Shown: one piece after another, positions 59,462 to 64,000 of the stretch
Numbering within the stretch: position 1 is the first letter of the stretch
How the letters are laid out: each line of letters starts with the position of its first letter
NCBI RefSeq assembly: GCF_035506235.1
Contig: NZ_DATJPU010000216.1
Coordinates: forward strand, 1,974 to 65,973
Reading direction: 5' to 3'
DNA: 64,000 bases
Origin: Mycobacterium sp.
GTDB lineage: Bacteria; Actinomycetota; Actinomycetes; Mycobacteriales; Mycobacteriaceae
Program-made: the position numbers and the translations under genes
Notes under the pieces: model-generated
Told to the model about the DNA's origin: nothing
Seen by the model: only the letters and a program-made list of their open reading frames with translations
The model's database searches: none

Positions 59462-59491
59462 GAGTAGTTGACTACTCGACCACTACTCGAC
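59462..59491. promoter_or_regulatory. Palindrome plus tandem repeat, candidate transcription-factor site
   Basis: GAGTAGT-TG-ACTACTC (59462-59477) and ACTACTCGAC twice (59471, 59482). Confidence 0.55.
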
Positions 59492-59901
59492 TTGTCACGC
59501 AATTAGTCGGCCCCGGTGCGCTCTGTGCCGATTTCCGGCCGGCACAATGGATTCAATCCGTACGGCAAGAACAGCCCGAAGGGCAGGTTCGGACATTGTC
59601 GGCGCAACAAATCGGCTAAGCAAGTCGGCGGTGTGGTCGTCGAAAAGCACCCGGCCCCCCAACCCATTCGAAGAGGCCCAAGGGTGTGTACGCATTGGTC
59701 GACCAGTTCTCCGGCAGGTGTTGACGAAAGCCGCCCACGCCCAACGGATTCGGCGGCACGAAGCGTCGACGCGGCTCGCCGCTGGTTTCCCCGGTCGGCG
59801 CCGGATCATCCGGCGGCCGTCCCGTATCGCGCAATAGCTATGTTCGGCGTGAAGCCAATCGAAGGACTTGCAGGGCGTTTTCCTCCGGTTAGGCTTCCTT
59901 G

Positions 59902-60705
59902 GTGACTGAAAGCCCGTCGTCATATCTGGTGCTGGCTTCTCAGCGCAGCGGCAGCACGCTGCTGGTCGAATCGCTGCGCGCCACCGGCGTGGCCGGCGAG
60001 CCCCAGGAGTTCTTTCAGTACCTGCCCGCCACGAGCCAGGCGCCGCAGCCGCGGCAGTGGTTCGCCGGCGTGGACGACGAGTCGATCCTGCGTTTGCTCG
60101 ATCCCCTGGACGAAGGGACGCCCGACCTGGCGGCGCCCGAGATTTGGCGCGACTACATCCGCACCGTCGGGCGGACGCCGAACGGCGTGTGGGGCGGCAA
60201 GCTGATGTGGAACCAGACGCCGCTGCTGTTGAACCGCGCGAAGGACCTGCCGAATCGGTCCGGCGACGGCCTGCGGGCCGCGATCCGCGATGTCATCGGC
60301 GAGGAACCGTTGCTCATCCACGTGCACCGGCCCGATGTGGTGTCGCAGGCGGTGTCTTTCTGGCGCGCGGTGCAGACGCGGGTGTGGCGCGGCAGGCCCG
60401 ATCCCGCGCGCGACGCGCGCGCCACCTACCACGCCGGCGCGATCGCGCACGTCGTCACCATGCTGCGGACCCAGGAGGAGGGCTGGCGGACCTGGTTCGC
60501 CGAGGAGGGCGTCGAGCCGCTGGAGGTTCCGTATCCGGTGTTGTGGCGCAACCTGACTCAGGTGGTGGCCACCATCCTCGAGGCATTGGGGCTGGACCCG
60601 CTGCTGGCACCCGAGCCGGCGCTGGAGCGCCAGGCCGACCAGCGCTCCGACGAATGGGTGGAGCGCTACCGCGCCGACGCCGAGCGCGACGGGCTACCGA
60701 CCTGA
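59902..60705 (+). CDS. stf0: Trehalose 2-sulfotransferase
   Basis: [18 protein letters not shown] (5'-PSB), [33 protein letters not shown]; TAGGCT -10 box 6 nt before GTG 59902. Confidence 0.93.
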   Translation: MTESPSSYLVLASQRSGSTLLVESLRATGVAGEPQEFFQYLPATSQAPQPRQWFAGVDDESILRLLDPLDEGTPDLAAPEIWRDYIRTVGRTPNGVWGGKLMWNQTPLLLNRAKDLPNRSGDGLRAAIRDVIGEEPLLIHVHRPDVVSQAVSFWRAVQTRVWRGRPDPARDARATYHAGAIAHVVTMLRTQEEGWRTWFAEEGVEPLEVPYPVLWRNLTQVVATILEALGLDPLLAPEPALERQADQRSDEWVERYRADAERDGLPT

Positions 60706-60771
60706 GCGCGACCTAAATTCAGCGCGAGCCAATCGCTTGGCCCCCAACGCTGGCCACGCCACCATTGCGTC

Positions 60772-60867
60772 GTGCGACGGTTATCCGAAGATTGGTGGGC
60801 GACACTGCTGGCGGGCGTGATCGTCGCGTTGGCGGTCGCCGGCGCGCTCCCGAAGATTCCCTGGTGA
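60772..60867 (+). CDS. Unannotated 31-aa single-TM peptide
   Basis: [36 protein letters not shown]; ends 4 nt before the YeiH-type gene; CACCAT -10-like box 6 nt upstream. Confidence 0.65.
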   Translation: MRRLSEDWWATLLAGVIVALAVAGALPKIPW

Positions 60868-60871
60868 TGCC

Positions 60872-61999
60872 GTGAGCACGGTCAGCGTCGACTCCCGAGA
60901 ATCTGAGGGAAAGCCGGCGGAAGCCGCCTTCACCAGCAGCCGCCCACTGGACTACGTGCCCGGCATCCTGCTGCTGATCTCCGTCGGCGTGCTCGGCAAA
61001 TACGCCCAAATTTGGTGGAACACACTGGCCAAGCACCACCACTGGACCGTCCCCGACATCGAATATGTGTTGTGGGCCATCGTGATTGGATTGCTCATCA
61101 CCAACACCGTCGGCCTGCATCGAGTATTTCGGCCCGGCGTGCTGACCTACCAGTTCTGGCTCAAGGTCGGGATCGTGGCGCTGGGTTCGCGATTCGTGCT
61201 GGGCGACATCGCCAAGCTCGGCGCCACCAGCCTGGTCCAGATCCTGGTGGACATGGCGGTCGCGGGAACCATCATTCTCATCGTGGCGCGCGCGTTCGGG
61301 CTGTCGGGCAAGCTGGGCTCGCTGCTGGCGATAGGCACCTCGATTTGCGGGGTGTCCGCTATCGTGGCCGCCAAGGGCGCGATCCGGGCCCGCAACGCCG
61401 ACGTCAGCTACGCGATCGCGGCGATCTTGGCGCTGGGCGCGGTCGGGCTGTTCGCGTTGCCGCCGTTGGGGCACCTGATCGGCCTGACGAATTACGAGTT
61501 CGGCCTGTGGGCGGGCCTGGCGGTGGACAACACCGCCGAAACCACCGCCACCGGCTACCTGTTCTCCGATCACGCCGGCAAGATCGCCGTGCTGGTCAAG
61601 TCCACCCGCAACGCGCTGATCGGCTTCGTCGTCCTGGGATTCGCGCTGTACTGGGCCGCCCGAGGGCAGGCCGACGAGATCGCGCCCGGCGCCAAGGCCA
61701 AGGCAGCGTTCGTCTGGGAGAAGTTCCCGAAATTTGTGCTCGGCTTCCTCGCGGTCTCGGCGATCGCGACCGCGCACTGGCTGAGCAAGGGGCAGACCGC
61801 GAACCTGGCCAACGTGTCGAAATGGGCGTTCCTGCTGACCTTCGCCGGCGTCGGCCTGACCACCGACATCCCGCAAATCGCCCGCACCGGGTGGCGTCCG
61901 CTCGTCGTCGCGGTCATCGGGCTGACCGTCGTCGCGTCGGTCTCGCTGGGGCTCGTCCTGCTGACCTCCCGCGTGTTCCATTGGGGCTTAGGCACATAG
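60872..61999 (+). CDS. YeiH / putative sulfate-exporter family membrane protein
   Basis: About 10 TM helices, [19 protein letters not shown]. Confidence 0.88.
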   Translation: MSTVSVDSRESEGKPAEAAFTSSRPLDYVPGILLLISVGVLGKYAQIWWNTLAKHHHWTVPDIEYVLWAIVIGLLITNTVGLHRVFRPGVLTYQFWLKVGIVALGSRFVLGDIAKLGATSLVQILVDMAVAGTIILIVARAFGLSGKLGSLLAIGTSICGVSAIVAAKGAIRARNADVSYAIAAILALGAVGLFALPPLGHLIGLTNYEFGLWAGLAVDNTAETTATGYLFSDHAGKIAVLVKSTRNALIGFVVLGFALYWAARGQADEIAPGAKAKAAFVWEKFPKFVLGFLAVSAIATAHWLSKGQTANLANVSKWAFLLTFAGVGLTTDIPQIARTGWRPLVVAVIGLTVVASVSLGLVLLTSRVFHWGLGT

Positions 62000-62032
62000 G
62001 GGCACCTCGGGCGAGGCTGTAACCTGGCGGCC

Positions 62033-62683
62033 ATGTTGATCACCATCCTGGTGATGGCGATCGCCGTGAGCCTCGAACCGTTCCGGGTCGGCATGACGGT
62101 GCTGATGCTCAACCGGCCCCGACCGATGCTGCAACTGCTGGCATTCCTGGGCGGCGGCTTCGCGATGGGCATGAGCGTGGGCCTGGTCGTCTTGTTCGTC
62201 TTGCGCCGCCGACTGCTGGGGTCGACGTACTTCACGTTGCCCAGGGTGCAAATCCTCATCGGCATGCTCGCGCTGTTGGTCGCCGCCGCGGTCGTCCTCA
62301 AACCGGACACGAGCCGCACCGCCGTGCCCCAGAAGGTGGCGACACACGCCCGGCGACTCCTGAATGGGCGTTCGTTGTGGGTCGCGGGAGTGGCGGGACT
62401 GGGGATCGCGCTGCCGTCGGTGGACTATCTGGCCGCGTTGGCCATCATCCTGGCCTCGGGCGCCGCGGCGGCGACGCAAGTCGGGGCACTGGTGATGTTC
62501 AACGTGGTGGCCTTCGCGCTGGTGGAGCTTCCCCTGCTCGCGTATCTGCTGGCGCCCCGGAGGACGCGGACGTCGATGAGCGCGCTGCACGACTGGATCC
62601 GCTCGCGGCGCCGCGTCGAGGTCGCCACCCTGCTGGCCGCGGTCGGGTGCGTCCTGCTCGTGGTCGGCCTAGCCGGTGCTTGA
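62033..62683 (+). CDS. Gap/Sap-family (glycolipid-addressing) membrane protein
   Basis: AVSLEPFRVG, NRPRPMLQLLAFL, GIALPSVDYLAAL; TAACCT -10 box 7 nt before ATG. Confidence 0.85.
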   Translation: MLITILVMAIAVSLEPFRVGMTVLMLNRPRPMLQLLAFLGGGFAMGMSVGLVVLFVLRRRLLGSTYFTLPRVQILIGMLALLVAAAVVLKPDTSRTAVPQKVATHARRLLNGRSLWVAGVAGLGIALPSVDYLAALAIILASGAAAATQVGALVMFNVVAFALVELPLLAYLLAPRRTRTSMSALHDWIRSRRRVEVATLLAAVGCVLLVVGLAGA

Positions 62684-63928
62684 GGGCTGCGCGATGGCCC
62701 GGCCCGACGCGTACGTCTCGGCAAGGAATTGCTCGACGGCCACCGCGGCGTGTGCCGCGCGCGCCGACCCGAAGATGTCGAAAGCGTGCTGCGCGCAGGG
62801 CAACTCGGCGTATACGACGGGCTGGCGGCTGACCTCGCGCAGGCGCGCGGTGAAGGCGCGGGCCTGTTCGACCGGTATCAGCGAATCGTTGGTGCCGTGC
62901 AGCACGAAAAACGGTGGCGCGTCTTGACAGACGTGGGTGATCGGCGAGGCGACCCGGAACGGCTCACCGATCTCGGCCAGGCTCAGCTTGAATACGCGCT
63001 TGGCCACTATCGGCGCCATCAATGGATGCATCGCTTCCTCTGACCCGAAGTCGTACACCCCGTAGAACGGGACGGCCGCCTGCACGCGGGTGTCGGCGTC
63101 CTCGAAACCCGGCTGGAACAGGGAATCGTTCGGGGTCAGCGCGGCGAGCGACGACAAGTGCCCGCCGGCCGAGCCCCCGGTGATCGCGATCCAGTCGGGG
63201 TCACCGCCGTAATCGGCGATGTGCTCTTTCGTCCACGCGATCGCCCGCTTCACGTCGACGATGTGGTCGGGCCAGGTGGAGCGGGGGCTCAGCCGGTAGT
63301 TGATGGCGACGCAGATCCAGCCGAGCTCGGCCAGGTGGCTCATCAGCGGATGTGCCTGTCCGCGTTTGTTTCCCACCATCCAGGCGCCGCCGGGAACCTG
63401 CAGCAGCACCGGGGCCCGGCCGCCGCGATCCAGATCCGGCCGGCGCCAGATGTCCAGGTGGTTCCGCGAGCCGCACTCGCCGTAGCTGATGTCGCCGTCG
63501 TGCGCGTAGTCGCGGTAGATCCGCAGCATCCGTGCCGCGCCGGGCCTCTTCGCGGTCGCGCCGCCGGTCGGCGGTCGCCGCCAAAGGTCTCCGGACTCGG
63601 TGCGGCGGCCGGGGCCCAGCCCGGCGTCCAGCGCGGTGGTCAGCGGCTCGTTCGCCCTCTGTCCGACGCGGCGCAGGCCCAGCAATCCCAGCCACGACAA
63701 CGCCGAGACCAGCCAGCTGAATCGGCGTGCACGCGGCGGCAGCCGGCGCGACACCGCCGCCACCGCCGCCAGCTGGACGGCAAGGGTTTGCATCGGAAGC
63801 TCGGACGCGAACACGCCGTGGGCGAACGCGATGCCCGACCCGTAGCGGTTCCTCGTCAACGGTCGGTAGCCGTTGGCGGTATACGCCAGACCCGAGAGGG
63901 GCACAACTGCGGCGGCCAGTCGCTTCAC
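62669..63928 (-). CDS. HSL-type esterase/lipase (LipQ/LipO-like)
   Basis: VPGGAW oxyanion loop, GGSAGG, HGTND, HAFD. Confidence 0.9.
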   Translation of the reverse strand: MKRLAAAVVPLSGLAYTANGYRPLTRNRYGSGIAFAHGVFASELPMQTLAVQLAAVAAVSRRLPPRARRFSWLVSALSWLGLLGLRRVGQRANEPLTTALDAGLGPGRRTESGDLWRRPPTGGATAKRPGAARMLRIYRDYAHDGDISYGECGSRNHLDIWRRPDLDRGGRAPVLLQVPGGAWMVGNKRGQAHPLMSHLAELGWICVAINYRLSPRSTWPDHIVDVKRAIAWTKEHIADYGGDPDWIAITGGSAGGHLSSLAALTPNDSLFQPGFEDADTRVQAAVPFYGVYDFGSEEAMHPLMAPIVAKRVFKLSLAEIGEPFRVASPITHVCQDAPPFFVLHGTNDSLIPVEQARAFTARLREVSRQPVVYAELPCAQHAFDIFGSARAAHAAVAVEQFLAETYASGRAIAQPSSTG

Positions 63929-64000
63929 GCCTGAGCCCCGGTTTCGTCGGACTCCGCCGATTCCTCGGCCTTCGCCGGATCGTCGATCACCTGGTACGCC
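63925..64000 (-). CDS. 3' end of an unidentified CDS entering from beyond the window
   Basis: AYQVIDDPAKAEESAESDETGAQA-TGA; stop overlaps the esterase GTG (GTGA). Confidence 0.55.
   Translation of the reverse strand, partial: AYQVIDDPAKAEESAESDETGAQA

Noticed and set aside
59495-59923. Short ORFs upstream of stf0
   Set aside because: No RBS, motif or coding-like codon pattern; probably non-coding.

Overview
GC-rich window from a slow-growing, probably non-tuberculous Mycobacterium. It is collinear, in reverse, with the M. tuberculosis H37Rv Rv1224 to Rv1186c region: tatB-htrA-rseA-sigE, O-methyltransferase, raaS ABC operon, glgC/glgA, tagA, gpgS, folP2, fadD6, LOG, dapE/dapD, MFS, fadD36, Rv1191-like hydrolase and pruBA/pruC. 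Four accessory blocks interrupt this backbone. (1) About 20.4-25.7 kb: class III nucleotide cyclase-AAA protein, secreted GH5 endoglycoceramidase-like enzyme and a dead Phd-type antitoxin. (2) About 31.6-48.1 kb: a self-contained, igr-like steroid/branched side-chain degradation cluster (P450, ADH, ALDH, double-domain CoA transferase, ACAD pair, split ChsH2, ChsH1, Ltp2, TetR), a second P450/IclR/MBL module and a PE_PGRS whose start codon reads GCG. (3) About 52.4-59.9 kb: a two-gene module made of a DivIVA-repeat membrane protein with a Gly/Cys/His tail and a stand-alone GRDP/DUF1399-like protein, then a decayed second pruC copy, an SOS-boxed 13E12/HNH element, a large LuxR-AAA regulator and a small Cys-rich ORF. 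(4) About 59.9-64 kb: stf0, an unannotated 31-aa membrane peptide, a YeiH-type exporter, a Gap-family protein and an esterase. No rRNA, tRNA, CRISPR array or IS transposase was seen. Family assignments come from motif recognition and recalled synteny, not database searches. Several starts were moved from the ORF track using RBS or leaderless -10 boxes.
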